Source: an uncultured Gemmatimonadales bacterium (GTDB lineage: Bacteria; Gemmatimonadota; Gemmatimonadetes; Gemmatimonadales; GWC2-71-9). From it: a stretch of 64,000 nucleotides of DNA. The position numbers and the translations under genes are program-made. The stretch is taken from contig CAVVKJ010000005.1 in assembly GCA_963748815.1 (NCBI GenBank), positions 320,001 to 384,000 on the forward strand, in the 5' to 3' direction. The notes under the pieces were generated by a model, which made no database searches, had not been told where the DNA came from, and was given only the letters and a program-made list of their open reading frames with translations. Below are positions 32,291-42,571 of the stretch, in pieces. The stretch's first letter is position 1, and the number at the start of each line of letters is the position of its first letter.

Positions 32291-34003
32291 ATGACCACTA
32301 CGATGGGCGCCGAGCGTGAGCCGCTCGGCGAAGCGCTTCTCCATGAGGGGCTGCTGACACCCGCCAAGTACGATCAGGCCGTCGCGGAGCAGCGCTCCAG
32401 CGGCCATCGGCTGGGCTATGTCCTCGTCAAGCTGGGGTTCGTGCCGGAGCTGGAAATCACGAAGATCCTCGCGCGGCTGCACCGGATGCCGGCGGTGGAC
32501 CTCTCGCGCTTCGAGGTGGACCCCAAGGTTCTCAAGCTGATCCCGGCCGACCTCGCCACCAAGAACGTCGTCCTTCCGCTCAAGCGCGAGGGCCGCACGC
32601 TGACCGTGGCGATGGCCGACCCGACCAAGATGGGCGTGGTCGAGGACCTGAAGTTCATCACCCGCTACGACGTCTTCCCGGTGCTGGCGGGGGAGCAGAC
32701 GCTCCGCAGCATCATCGACCGGCACTACCAGGGCAGCGACCAGCAGCTCCAGGACATCCTGAAGGACATGGAGGGGCAGGCCGACGACGTCGAAATCGTC
32801 GCGGAGCTCGAGGACGAGGCCGCCACCCAGGCGCAGATCGACGACGCCCCGGTGGTCAAGCTCATCAACGGCCTCCTCACCGACGCGGTGCGCCGCGGGG
32901 CCAGCGACATTCACATCGAGCCCTTCGAGCTCGAGATGCGGGTGCGGTACCGGATCGACGGCGCCCTGCTGGAGGTCATGAAGCCCCCGCTCAAGATGAA
33001 GGCGGCGCTGACCTCGCGCATCAAGATTCTCTCGCAGCTCAACATCGCCGAGCGCCGGGTGCCGCAGGACGGCCGCCTCAAGCTCAAGATGGGCAACCGG
33101 GTCATCGACTTCCGCGTGTCGATGCTGCCGGTGCTCTTCGGCGAGAAGATCGTGCTTCGTATTCTCGACAAGGGCAACCTGACGCTGGACCTGTCGAAGT
33201 TCGGGTTCGAGACGAAGGCGGAGGACGACCTGATGGCCGCCATCCTCAACCCGTACGGGATGGTGCTGGTGACGGGGCCGACGGGGTCGGGCAAGACGAC
33301 CACGCTCTACTCGGCGCTGTCGCGCATCAACACGATCGAATCGAACATCATGACGGCCGAGGACCCGGTCGAATACAACCTGATGGGGATCAACCAGGTG
33401 CTGGTCCGGAACGAGATCGGGCTGACCTTCGCCGCGGCGCTCAAGGCGTTCCTGCGGCAGGACCCCAACATCATCATGATCGGCGAAATCCGGGACCTCG
33501 AGACGGGCAGCATCGCCATCAAGGCGGCGCTCACCGGCCACCTGGTGCTCTCGACGCTGCACACCAACGACGCGCCGAGCACCATCACGCGCATGATCGA
33601 CATGGGCATCGAGCCCTTCAACGTGGCGAGCGCCGTCAATCTCGTGGTGGCGCAGCGGCTGGTCCGGCGGATCTGCAAAGACTGCGCGGCCCCGACCACG
33701 TACAAGCCGGAGGAGATCAAGTCGCTCGGATTGACCCCGGAGGAAGGGAAGAAGATGCAGTTCATGAGAGGGACGGGGTGCGACACCTGCAGCGGCACCG
33801 GCTACAAGGGGCGGGCCGGGCTCTACGAGGTGATGGCGCTCTCGCCGGAATTGCGCCGCATGATCCTCCGCAGCGCGTCGATCGCGGACATTCAGGCTAT
33901 GGCGGTCAAGGAAGGCATGCTCACCCTGCGGATGGACGGGCTCAAGAAGATTGAGCGCGGGGTCACGACTCTCGAGGAAGTGGTGAAGGAGACTGCGGCA
34001 TGA
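32291..34003 (+). CDS. pilB: Type IV pilus extension ATPase PilB
   Basis: ASDIHIEP, ERRVPQDG, GPTGSGKTTTLY, AEDPVEY, LRQDPN, LTGHLVLSTLHTN, tetracysteine zinc motif. Confidence 0.95.
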   Translation: MTTTMGAEREPLGEALLHEGLLTPAKYDQAVAEQRSSGHRLGYVLVKLGFVPELEITKILARLHRMPAVDLSRFEVDPKVLKLIPADLATKNVVLPLKREGRTLTVAMADPTKMGVVEDLKFITRYDVFPVLAGEQTLRSIIDRHYQGSDQQLQDILKDMEGQADDVEIVAELEDEAATQAQIDDAPVVKLINGLLTDAVRRGASDIHIEPFELEMRVRYRIDGALLEVMKPPLKMKAALTSRIKILSQLNIAERRVPQDGRLKLKMGNRVIDFRVSMLPVLFGEKIVLRILDKGNLTLDLSKFGFETKAEDDLMAAILNPYGMVLVTGPTGSGKTTTLYSALSRINTIESNIMTAEDPVEYNLMGINQVLVRNEIGLTFAAALKAFLRQDPNIIMIGEIRDLETGSIAIKAALTGHLVLSTLHTNDAPSTITRMIDMGIEPFNVASAVNLVVAQRLVRRICKDCAAPTTYKPEEIKSLGLTPEEGKKMQFMRGTGCDTCSGTGYKGRAGLYEVMALSPELRRMILRSASIADIQAMAVKEGMLTLRMDGLKKIERGVTTLEEVVKETAA

Positions 34004-35139
34004 GTGTGAACCTGCGCGCCCTGCTGGAAGAGGTGATCGAGCGGGAGGCGTCCGACCTGCACATCACGGCCGGCGAGCGCCCGAAGCTCCGGATCGACGG
34101 CGACATCACCAACAGCACGACGACCTACGTGATGTCCCCGAAGGACACGCTGCAGCTGGCGTACTCCGTCCTGACGGAAAACCAGAAGAAGCGGTTCGAG
34201 ACCGAGGACGAGCTCGACTTCTCCTTCGGCATCCAGAACCTGGCGCGCTTCCGCGGCAACTGCTTCAAGCAGCGGGGCTGCGTCGGCATGGTCATCCGGA
34301 TGATCCCGTTCAGCCTGAAGACGTTCGACGACCTCGGCCTCCCGCCGATCCTCGGCAAGCTCGCCGAGAAGCCGCGCGGCCTGGTGCTGGTGACCGGCCC
34401 GACCGGCTCGGGCAAGAGCACCACGCTCGCGGCGATGATCGACAAGATCAACAAGGAGCGGAAGGGGCACATCATCACGGTGGAAGACCCGATCGAGTTC
34501 ATCCACCGCCACCAGTCGTGCATCGTCAACCAGCGCGAGGTGGGCACCGACACCAAGTCGTTCTCCACCGCGCTCAAGTACGCCCTGCGCGAGGACCCCG
34601 ACGTCATCCTGGTCGGCGAAATGCGCGACCTCGAGACCATCTCCGCGGCGCTCACGATCGCGGAGACGGGCCACCTGGCCCTCGCCACGCTGCACACCAA
34701 CTCGGCGGCGGAGTCGATCAACCGCATCATCGACGTCTTCCCGTCCAACCAGCAGCAGCAGGTGCGGGCCCAGCTCGCCTTCGTGCTGGAGGGGGTGGTC
34801 ACCCAGGTGCTGCTCCCCAAGGCGAAGGGCCGGGGGCGGGCCATGGCGTGCGAGATCATGGTGGCCACGCCGGCCATCCGGGCGCTGATCCGCGACGACA
34901 AGGTGCACCAGATCTAGAGCGCGCTGCAGTCGGGCAAGAAGCACGGCATGCAGACGATGAACGATGCGCTGTACCAGTTGTACATTTCGCGGGAAGTGGT
35001 CCGCGACGAGTGCCTGCGCGTCTCGGGCGACCCGAACGAGTTCCTCCGGATGATCGGCGAGAAGCCGCTGGAGGAGCAGGAAATGGGCACGATGGCTTCG
35101 ATGGACTCGAAGGGCGGCAAGTCCGCGCTGCGCCGCTAA
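34000..35139 (+). CDS. pilT: Type IV pilus retraction ATPase PilT (in-frame TAG at 34915-34917)
   Basis: ASDLH, GPTGSGKSTT, EDPIE, LREDPD, AETGHL, AIRALIRD; reading frame continues HQI*SALQSGKKHGMQTMN. Confidence 0.93.
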
Positions 35140-35160
35140 CACACAGGGGAGACTGACACC

Positions 35161-36369
35161 ATGCCGCTCTTCGAATATACGGCCAAGAACGCCACCAACG
35201 GGCAGATCATGAAGGGCCAGATGCAGGCCCAGACCCGGGACGAGGTGGTCGGCCACATCCGGAAGAACCGACTCATCCTCGTCAGCGTCCGGGAGGCGCC
35301 GAAGCAGATCAAGTTCAGCTTCGGGCAGCCCGGCATCAAGACGCGGGACATCGTCATCTTCACCCGGCAGTTCGCCACCATGATCAACTCGGGCCTGCCG
35401 CTGGTGCAGTCGCTCGTCGATCCTGGCGGCGCAGACCGAGAACAAGGCGCTGAAGGACGTCACCAAGCAGGTGGTCTTCGACGTCGAGGCCGGCAACACC
35501 CTGGCCGACGCCTTCAGCCGGCACCCCAAGGCCTTCTCGCGGGCTGTTCGTGAACATGGTCGCCGCCGGCGAGGCCGGCGGCATTCTCGACACCATTCTG
35601 CTGCGCCTGGCCACCTTCCTCGAAAAGAACGACGCCCTGATCCGCAAGGTGAAGAGCGCCATGATGTACCCGGCCGTCATCATGAGCGTGGCCGGCATCG
35701 CCATCACCGTGCTGCTCATCTTCGTCATCCCGGTGTTCCAGAGCATGTTCGCCTCGGTCAACATGGAGCTCCCGCTCCCGACCCGCGTCGTCATCGGGAT
35801 GTCGGAGTTCCTGACCGGGTACTGGTGGGCCATCATCGCCGCCATCGGCGGAGTCGTCTTCCTGGTGCGGCAGTACTACGCGACCCCGGCGGGCCACAAG
35901 AACATCGACCAGCTGATGATCAACTCGCCGGTCCTCGGCGACGTGCATCCGGAAGTCCGCCGTGTCCCGCTTCACCCGGACCCTCGGCACCCTGATCAGC
36001 TCCGGCGTGTCGATCCTCGACGGGCTCGAGATCACCGCCAAGACGTCGGGCAACCGCGTCATTCACGACGCCGTCATGGAGTCGCGGGCCTCGATCGCCG
36101 GCGGCGAGACGATCGCCGCGCCGCTCGAGCGCTCCAAGGTCTTCCCGCCGATGGTCATCTCGATGATCGCGGTCGGCGAACAGACCGGCGGGCTCGACGA
36201 GATGCTCTCCAAGATCGCCGACTTCTATGACGAGGAAGTGGACGTCGCGGTCGGGACGCTCCTCAGCCTCATGGAACCGGTCATGATCGTCGTCCTCGGC
36301 GTGGTCGTCGGCGGCATGGTGGTCGCCATGTACCTCCCGATCTTCGACATGATGAACGCGATTCAATAG
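35161..36369 (+). CDS. pilC: Type IV pilus platform protein PilC (frameshifts ~35420, ~35545, ~35945)
   Basis: FTRQFATMINSGLPL, NMVAAGEAGG, KSAMMYP, MIAVGEQTGGLDEMLSKIADFY, AMYLPIF. Confidence 0.93.
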
Positions 36370-36442
36370 GCGGGGCAGGGGGGCTGCGGGGCTGCGGGGC
36401 GGCCCCCACCCCCCCGTCACCCCGGCGAAAGCCGGGGTCCAG
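36361..36442 (+). repeat. Composite repeat copy 1: AATAG + G-rich tract + CGTC-type REP
   Basis: ATTCAATAGGCGGGGCAGGGGGGC ... CGTCACCCCGGCGAAAGCCGGGGTCCA (36415-36441). Confidence 0.75.
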
Positions 36443-36551
36443 TCCTTCGGCGGGCGGTCCTTCGGGGCCGCCCGCTCTGTTTCCGACCTTCCGAATCCTC
36501 CTTCGAGGGGACATCGTAAGGCTTGGATTCCCCTACGAATCGGAGCGCCGC

Positions 36552-37061
36552 ATGACCCGATCGCTATTGCTGTCCACCCTGCTGTTGTTGCCGGCCACCC
36601 TGTCCGCGCAGCAGACCGCCCCTGCCGCCCCCCCGGCCCAGCCGCCCTACGCTTCGGATTCCGCCGCCATCGCGCAGGTCGTGACCCGCCTCTTCGACGG
36701 CATGCGGACCCGCGACACCGCCATGATGCGGACCCTCTTCCACGAACCGGTGGCCATGCGCAGCGTCTCGTACCGCCAGGGCAAGCCGGTCGTCGAAGCA
36801 GACGGCATCGAGGACTGGTTCAAGGGCGTGGCGAGCGCCCCGGACACCCTGGTCCTCGATGAGCGCCTCGGACCGCCCGAGATCCGCGTGGACGGCAACC
36901 TCGCATCGGCCTGGATCTACTACGAGTTCTATGTCAGCGGTCGCTTCTCCCACTGCGGCGCCGACAGCTTCCAGCTTGGGCGCACCGAGGCGGGCTGGAA
37001 AATCCTCCTGGTTTCCGACAGCCGGCGCCGAGCCGGATGCAGCCAGTCGCTGACGAAGTGA
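36552..37061 (+). CDS. Secreted NTF2-like (DUF4440/SnoaL-like) protein
   Basis: Signal ...TLSA-Q; VVTRLFDGMRTRD; IRVDGNLASAW..YEFY...FSHCGADSFQL....GWKI. Confidence 0.75.
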   Translation: MTRSLLLSTLLLLPATLSAQQTAPAAPPAQPPYASDSAAIAQVVTRLFDGMRTRDTAMMRTLFHEPVAMRSVSYRQGKPVVEADGIEDWFKGVASAPDTLVLDERLGPPEIRVDGNLASAWIYYEFYVSGRFSHCGADSFQLGRTEAGWKILLVSDSRRRAGCSQSLTK

Positions 37062-38233
37062 GTCTCCCGGCGCGGGGCGCGGCGGCCCTCGCCGCCCTCC
37101 TCTTCGGCATGGCGCCCACCCTCACGGCCCAGGCGCCGTCGGGGTGGAGCGGACTGACGGAGCAATTCGATGCCTATGTCCGCGCCGACCGGATCGTCGG
37201 GGCGAGCCTGGCTTGGGTGCGCGATGGCCGGATCGTGGCCCGCCATCACGTCGGCATGGCCGACCGGGACGTGGGGCAGGCAGTGGGCGACTCGACCATC
37301 TGGCACTGGGGTTCCATCACCAAGACCCTCACCGCCGTGTCCGTCCTGCAGTTGCGGGATCAGGGACTCCTGTCGCTGGACGCCGCCGCCGCCGATCGGG
37401 TGCCGGAGCTTCGATTGATCCATGACGGGTACGGTTCCATCGACGCCGTCACGATCCGGATGCTCCTATCGCATTCGAGTGGATTCCAGAACCCGACGTG
37501 GCCGTATGGCACTGGCGAACCGTGGGAACCGTTCGAGCCCACCAACTGGGATCAGCTGGTGGCCATGATGCCGTGGCAGGAGCTGCACTTCGCGCCCGGC
37601 TCTCGCTACGGCTACAGCAACCCGGCCTACATCTACCTCGCGCGGATCATCGAGGGCGCCACCGGTGACCCGTGGATCGCCTATGTCCAGCAGAATCTCT
37701 GGACCCCGCTCGGCATGACGCGGAGCTACGTGAACCGGACCCCGCCCTACCTGTCCGCCCAACGATCCAACCGCTACTCGATCGAGAAGGACAGCACGGG
37801 GGCCGTGGTGACGGTTGCCGGCGGGCGTGACTTCGACCCGGGTGTGACCATCCCGAACGGCGGGTGGAACGCGCCCATCGACGACATCGCGACGTGGATG
37901 GGATTCCTGACCGTATCTGCGGATGGCCGGAGGGCGGCCTCGCTGCTCTCGCGCGCCACCCTCGCCGAGATGTGGACGCCGGTCGTCCCGGTCGGGCGGG
38001 ACAGTCTGGTGACCGAATCGATGGGCCTCGGCTTCTTCCTGTACCAGGTTCAGGGTCGAAAGCTCGTGGGCCACACCGGCAGCCAGGGTGGGTTCCGGTC
38101 GTTCATGGCGTTCGATCCGGCAACCGGCCAGGGAGTGATCGGCGTCGTGAATACCAGCAACGACGTGGATTCCAATTCCGATTCCGGATTCACGGCCACG
38201 TTCCATTCCGCGTTGGCGCTCTTGGCACGCTAG
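37058..38233 (+). CDS. Serine hydrolase, beta-lactamase class C / PBP-like
   Basis: SxxK (GSITK), YxN (YGYSN), HTG; signal peptide; GTGA overlap with the upstream gene. Confidence 0.88.
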   Translation: MSLPARGAAALAALLFGMAPTLTAQAPSGWSGLTEQFDAYVRADRIVGASLAWVRDGRIVARHHVGMADRDVGQAVGDSTIWHWGSITKTLTAVSVLQLRDQGLLSLDAAAADRVPELRLIHDGYGSIDAVTIRMLLSHSSGFQNPTWPYGTGEPWEPFEPTNWDQLVAMMPWQELHFAPGSRYGYSNPAYIYLARIIEGATGDPWIAYVQQNLWTPLGMTRSYVNRTPPYLSAQRSNRYSIEKDSTGAVVTVAGGRDFDPGVTIPNGGWNAPIDDIATWMGFLTVSADGRRAASLLSRATLAEMWTPVVPVGRDSLVTESMGLGFFLYQVQGRKLVGHTGSQGGFRSFMAFDPATGQGVIGVVNTSNDVDSNSDSGFTATFHSALALLAR

Positions 38234-38283
38234 CGCCGATGTGCAGGGGGCTCACGCGAAGCCGCGAAGCCGTGCCGGGCGTG

Positions 38284-38323
38284 CCCCCTCTCCAGGTCAT
38301 GGAGAGGGGGACAGGGGGTGAGG
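38284..38323 (+). repeat. CCCCTCTCC-type palindromic repeat, copy 1
   Basis: CCCCCTCTCCA-GGTCA-TGGAGAGGGGG-ACAGGGGGTGAGG; near-identical copy at 53555-53594. Confidence 0.75.
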
Positions 38324-38373
38324 TGGACGGTGAGCGACGATGTCCACCTGAGTCGAGTGTGCATGGCTCGGCC

Positions 38374-38407
38374 TTGACATATCAATAATTATTGATATGT
38401 TAGGTCC
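38374..38407 (+). promoter_or_regulatory. ars promoter with ArsR operator
   Basis: TTGACA 38374-38379; perfect 24-bp palindrome ACATATCAATAATTATTGATATGT (38377-38400); ATG at 38408 lacks an SD. Confidence 0.85.
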
Positions 38408-38752
38408 ATGCCCGCGCCCGTCAAGCTCCAGCCCGCGTCCGCCGCCGCCACCCGAATCCGGGTCGCGCGGCTTTTTCAGGCCCTCTCCGACCCGACCCGA
38501 CTCCAGCTGGTCGAACTGCTGGCCGACGGGGAGCACTGCGTCTGCGACCTGATGGCCGCGGTGGACGCCGCGCAGAGCCGCCTCTCCTTCCATCTCAAGA
38601 CGCTCAAGGACGCCGGCCTCGTGACCGACCGGAAAGAGGGTCGATGGGTGCACTATCGGCTGCGCCCGGAGGCACTCGAGGAGATGGCCGACGCCCTGCA
38701 CCTGGTTCGCGAGGCGCGCCCCGGCGCCTGGCGGAGCATCACCTGTTGCTAA
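38408..38752 (+). CDS. arsR: ArsR/SmtB-family arsenic-responsive repressor
   Basis: FQALSDPTRL, EHCVCDL, QSRLSFHLKTLKDAGLV, GRWVHY, C-terminal CC. Confidence 0.92.
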   Translation: MPAPVKLQPASAAATRIRVARLFQALSDPTRLQLVELLADGEHCVCDLMAAVDAAQSRLSFHLKTLKDAGLVTDRKEGRWVHYRLRPEALEEMADALHLVREARPGAWRSITCC

Positions 38753-38786
38753 CCCCCTACCGTACCTGTGCCGGAGGATGTTGAAG

Positions 38787-39662
38787 ATGTCCGACCACAT
38801 CAAGCAGGTTGTTCGCGAGAAGTACGGCGCCGCCGCGCTGCGTGCCGCCACCGGTGCAGGCAGTTCATGCTGCGGCGGCAGTTGCGGCACCGGGAGCGCC
38901 GACCCGATCACCAGCGATCTCTACGAGGCCGCGCAGGTGTCGGGCCTTCCGGCGGAGGCGGTGCTCGCCTCGCTCGGCTGCGGCAACCCCACCGCGCTCG
39001 CCGCGCTCGAAGAGGGCCAGGTGGTCCTCGACCTCGGCTCCGGCGGCGGCATCGACGTCCTCCTCTCGGCGCGGCGCGTCGGCCCCACCGGCAAGGCCTA
39101 CGGGCTCGACATGACCGACGAGATGCTCGCCCTCGCCCGCCGGAACCAGCAGGCGGCCGGGGTCGCCAACGTCGAGTTCCTCAAGGGAGACATCGAGCAT
39201 ATCCCGCTGCCGGACGCGTCGGTGGACGTGATCATCTCCAACTGCGTCATCAACCTCGCCGCGGACAAGCGCAAGGTCTTCGCCGAGGCGTTTCGGGTCC
39301 TGAAGCCGGGCGGACGATTCGCCGTGTCCGACGTCGTCGTTCGGGGCGAGGTGCCGGCGGAGGTGCGCCGGAGCATGGAACTCTGGGTCGGCTGCGTCGC
39401 CGGCGCGCTCGAGGAGCGCGAGTTCGAGGCGTTGCTCCGGGCGGCCGGATTCGAGCATCCAACCCTCGAGCCGACCCGGGTCTACCGACTTGAAGACGCA
39501 AGACAGTTCCTGTCGGAGGCGGGACTCGATCCCGATGCGGTCGCCCCGGACATCGACGGCAAGTTCATGGCGGCGTTCATCCGGGCGACCAAGCCGGTCG
39601 CGGTCGAGCTGGCGGGAGCCGGGATGGCCTCCCCCTGCTGCGCCCCCGGATGCTGCGCGTGA
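38787..39662 (+). CDS. arsM: Arsenite S-adenosylmethionine methyltransferase
   Basis: [33 protein letters not shown]; Cys-rich termini. Confidence 0.93.
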   Translation: MSDHIKQVVREKYGAAALRAATGAGSSCCGGSCGTGSADPITSDLYEAAQVSGLPAEAVLASLGCGNPTALAALEEGQVVLDLGSGGGIDVLLSARRVGPTGKAYGLDMTDEMLALARRNQQAAGVANVEFLKGDIEHIPLPDASVDVIISNCVINLAADKRKVFAEAFRVLKPGGRFAVSDVVVRGEVPAEVRRSMELWVGCVAGALEEREFEALLRAAGFEHPTLEPTRVYRLEDARQFLSEAGLDPDAVAPDIDGKFMAAFIRATKPVAVELAGAGMASPCCAPGCCA

Positions 39663-40759
39663 CCGAATCGTCGAGGGCCGCCGGCGTCGTCCCCGATGCC
39701 GGCGTCCTCAAGCGCCTCTCGACGCTCGACCGCTTCCTGCCGCTCTGGATCTTCGCGGCCATGGGGCTGGGCCTCCTCCTCGGGAGGCTCTTTCCCGGGC
39801 TGGGGGCGCTGCTCGACCAGGTGCAGGTGGCCGGTGTGTCCGTGCCCATCGGGCTCGGGCTGCTCTGGATGATGTACCCTGTGCTCGCCAAGGTGCGCTA
39901 CGAGAGCATCGGGTCGCACGTGGCGGACCGCAGGCTCATCGGGACGTCGCTGGTGCTGAACTGGGTCATCGGGCCGGTGGTGATGTTCGCGCTCGCCTGG
40001 TGGCTCCTCCCCGACCTCCCGGCGTATCGCAACGGACTGGTGATCGTCGGGCTGGCCCGGTGCATCGCGATGGTGCTGATCTGGAATACCCTCGCCGGCG
40101 GCTCTGGCGAAATTGCCGCGGTGCTCGTCGCTCTCAATTCGCTCTTCCAGATTCTCACCTACTCCTTCCTCGGGTACCTCTTCCTGACCGTGGTGCCCAC
40201 CTGGCTGGGCGGCAGCACGGCGGCGCTCGATGTCTCGATGCTCGATATCGCCCGCTCGGTGCTGATCTTCCTGGGCGTGCCGCTCCTGGCCGGCTACTGG
40301 ACCCGCCGCATCCTCGTGCGCCGGCGCGGCGCGAGTTGGTACGAGGGGTCGTTTCTCCCCCGCATCGGCCCGACCGCCCTCCTGGGCCTGCTGTACACGA
40401 TCGTCCTGATGTTCGCCATGCAGGGGGACCGGATCCTGGATCGCCCCGGGGACGTCTTCCGGATCGCCCTGCCGTTGCTCCTCTACTTCCTGATCATGTT
40501 CGGGACATCGCTGCTGCTCACGTGGCGGCTCAAGTTCCGGTACGAGGAGGCCACCGCCGTGTCCTTCACCGCCGCGGGCAACAACTTCGAACTGGCCATC
40601 GCGGTGGCCGTCGGCACCTTCGGCATCGCCTCCGGCGAGGCGCTCGCCGCGGTGGTCGGTCCCCTGATCGAGGTGCCGGCGCTGATCGGGCTGGTCTACG
40701 TGGCACTCTGGGCAAAGCGGTTCTTTCCTTCCAGCCCGTCTCCTGCACCTCCGGTCTGA
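39659..40759 (+). CDS. acr3: ACR3-family arsenite efflux transporter
   Basis: LDRFLPLWI, MMYPVLAKV, GLARCIAMV, AAGNNFELAIAVA, VGPLIEVP. Confidence 0.93.
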   Translation: MTESSRAAGVVPDAGVLKRLSTLDRFLPLWIFAAMGLGLLLGRLFPGLGALLDQVQVAGVSVPIGLGLLWMMYPVLAKVRYESIGSHVADRRLIGTSLVLNWVIGPVVMFALAWWLLPDLPAYRNGLVIVGLARCIAMVLIWNTLAGGSGEIAAVLVALNSLFQILTYSFLGYLFLTVVPTWLGGSTAALDVSMLDIARSVLIFLGVPLLAGYWTRRILVRRRGASWYEGSFLPRIGPTALLGLLYTIVLMFAMQGDRILDRPGDVFRIALPLLLYFLIMFGTSLLLTWRLKFRYEEATAVSFTAAGNNFELAIAVAVGTFGIASGEALAAVVGPLIEVPALIGLVYVALWAKRFFPSSPSPAPPV

Positions 40760-40766
40760 GTTCATC

Positions 40767-41255
40767 ATGCAGCCACCGAAATCGCCATTGCGCATCCTCA
40801 TTCTCTGCACCGGCAACTCCGCCCGAAGCCAGATTGCCGAGGCGCTCTTTGCCACGAAGGGCCGGGGCCGTTTTGAAGCGGCCAGCGCCGGCTCCCGCCC
40901 CGCCGAGCGGGTCAATCCGTTCGCCGTGGAAGTGCTTGGCGAGGCGGGCATCGACTGGCAGGGAAGAGCGCCCCGTGGAATGGACGGCCTGGAGCAGGAA
41001 CGCTGGGATTTCGTGATCACCGTCTGCGACCGTGCCAAGGAGAGTTGCCCCTACTTCCCCGGTCAGCCGCTGCTGGCGCACTGGGGCATGCCCGACCCCG
41101 CCGAGGTGGAGGGGAGCGACGAGGCCAAGCGGGCGGCCTTCAGGGACACCTTCGTCACGTTGAGCCGGCGAATTGACCTCTTCCTCGCGCTCCCGGTGGA
41201 GAAACTCGAGCGGCTTGTGCTCGAGCGCCGAGTGAGGGAGATCGGCGCCCAATGA
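40767..41255 (+). CDS. arsC: Arsenate reductase, LMW-PTP/thioredoxin type
   Basis: CTGNSARSQ, VITVCD....SCP, HWGMPDP. Confidence 0.92.
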   Translation: MQPPKSPLRILILCTGNSARSQIAEALFATKGRGRFEAASAGSRPAERVNPFAVEVLGEAGIDWQGRAPRGMDGLEQERWDFVITVCDRAKESCPYFPGQPLLAHWGMPDPAEVEGSDEAKRAAFRDTFVTLSRRIDLFLALPVEKLERLVLERRVREIGAQ

Positions 41256-41876
41256 GCGGCTCCGGCCCGCGGGAGCACCGGCTCTCCGTGACGCGTTCGG
41301 CGCGGTGTTACACGCAGGGTGGGGAAGCGGCCGCGGAAGCCTGGGTGGTGCTCCACGGCTACGGCCAGCTGGCGGCCCGGTTCCTCCGTGGTTTCGAGTC
41401 GCTTGCCACCCCCGCCCGCCTGCTGGTGGCCCCGGAGGGGCTGTCCCGCTTCTACCTGGATGCGGCGACGGGTCGCGTCGGCGCCTCGTGGATGACGAAG
41501 GAAGACCGGGTGCACGAAATCGATGACTACCTGGCGCTACCTGGAGCGATGCGCGCCGCCCTGGTGCCCGCCGGTGCCACTCACGGTGCTCGGATTTTCG
41601 CAGGGCGTGGCGACGGCCTCGCGGTGGGCCGTGGCCACCACGCCGGCGCCGGTGCGCCTCGTCTGCTGGGGCGGGTTGGTGCCCGAGGAGATTTCCGCCG
41701 CGCAGCTGGGCGCGATGCAGGTGACCTACGTCGTCGGGGAGGGGGAGGAGTGGGCCCCGCCGGCCGCGGTGGAGGCGCAGGCGAGTTCGTTCCAGGCGGC
41801 TGGAGTTGCGGTCGAGGTGATCCGCTTCGAGGGTGGGCACGAGATCCGGGCTGAGGTCGTCCAGCGTCTGATATAG
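41252..41876 (+). CDS. Phospholipase/carboxylesterase-family alpha/beta hydrolase (frameshifted)
   Basis: LHGYGQ, APEGLSRFY, VGASWMT, GFSQG nucleophile motif, GGHEI. Confidence 0.8.
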
Positions 41877-41905
41877 GGGGACTAGGTATCACGCGAAGCG
41901 GGCTC

Positions 41906-41941
41906 TTGACAGGTATTAACTAAACGATTAATTAGTACTCC
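41906..41941 (+). promoter_or_regulatory. Promoter/operator of the tetR efflux operon
   Basis: TTGACA 41906-41911; AT-rich imperfect palindrome TAACTAAACGATTAATTA (41917-41934); ATG at 41942 lacks an SD. Confidence 0.7.
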
Positions 41942-42571
41942 ATGGACCTCGTTCCCGACTCCCGCACCGGCATCCTCGACGCCGCCGAACAGCTCTTTGC
42001 CCGGCGGGGGTTCCGGTCGACCACCATCAAGGCCATCGCTGGGGAGGCGGGTGTCAACACCGCCCTCCTCTACTACTACTTCCCCGACAAACAGGGACTC
42101 TACCACGCTGTCCTCGAACGGGCGTTTGGCGGCTTGATCGCCGAAGGGGAAGATCGCCTTCAGCAAGGGCTCGAACCCGAGGCGGCAATCCGCGCCTTCG
42201 TGTCGCTGCAGGCTTCGTACTTCGGCCGCCACCCGAGTCGTCCCCACCTCTTCGTCCGGGAGCTGATCGATCACGGGGCCGAGTACGCCGCAGGCCAGCT
42301 CACCCGCCTTGCCGTCACCCTCTTCCGCCGCCTCTGCGACGTGATCGAACGCGGCCAGGCCGGCGGTCAGTTTCGCGCCGACCTCGACGCGCACCGGGCC
42401 GCGATATCCGTCGTCAGCCAGGTGGCCTGGCTGCAGGTGGCCCGCCCAGCCATCGGCATCTTCATCGGCGCGGGGCCTGCCGGCCCCCCTGCCCGTTGGG
42501 TCGATGAATTCGCCGACCATGCCGCCGAATTCGCACTGGCGGCGCTCCGTACTCCGAGGACCACGCCATGA
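41942..42571 (+). CDS. TetR/AcrR-family regulator
   Basis: ILDAAEQLFARRGF..TTIKAIAGEAGVNTALLYYYFPDKQGLY. Confidence 0.92.
   Translation: MDLVPDSRTGILDAAEQLFARRGFRSTTIKAIAGEAGVNTALLYYYFPDKQGLYHAVLERAFGGLIAEGEDRLQQGLEPEAAIRAFVSLQASYFGRHPSRPHLFVRELIDHGAEYAAGQLTRLAVTLFRRLCDVIERGQAGGQFRADLDAHRAAISVVSQVAWLQVARPAIGIFIGAGPAGPPARWVDEFADHAAEFALAALRTPRTTP

Noticed and set aside
2304..34917. Genome-wide TAG reassignment
   Set aside because: TAG terminates many genes at their expected C-termini, for example TBDR1 ...LELNF, pilC and pilQ.
37058..38233. Bona fide antibiotic-resistance beta-lactamase
   Set aside because: The motifs only place it in the broad serine hydrolase family; the substrate is unknown.
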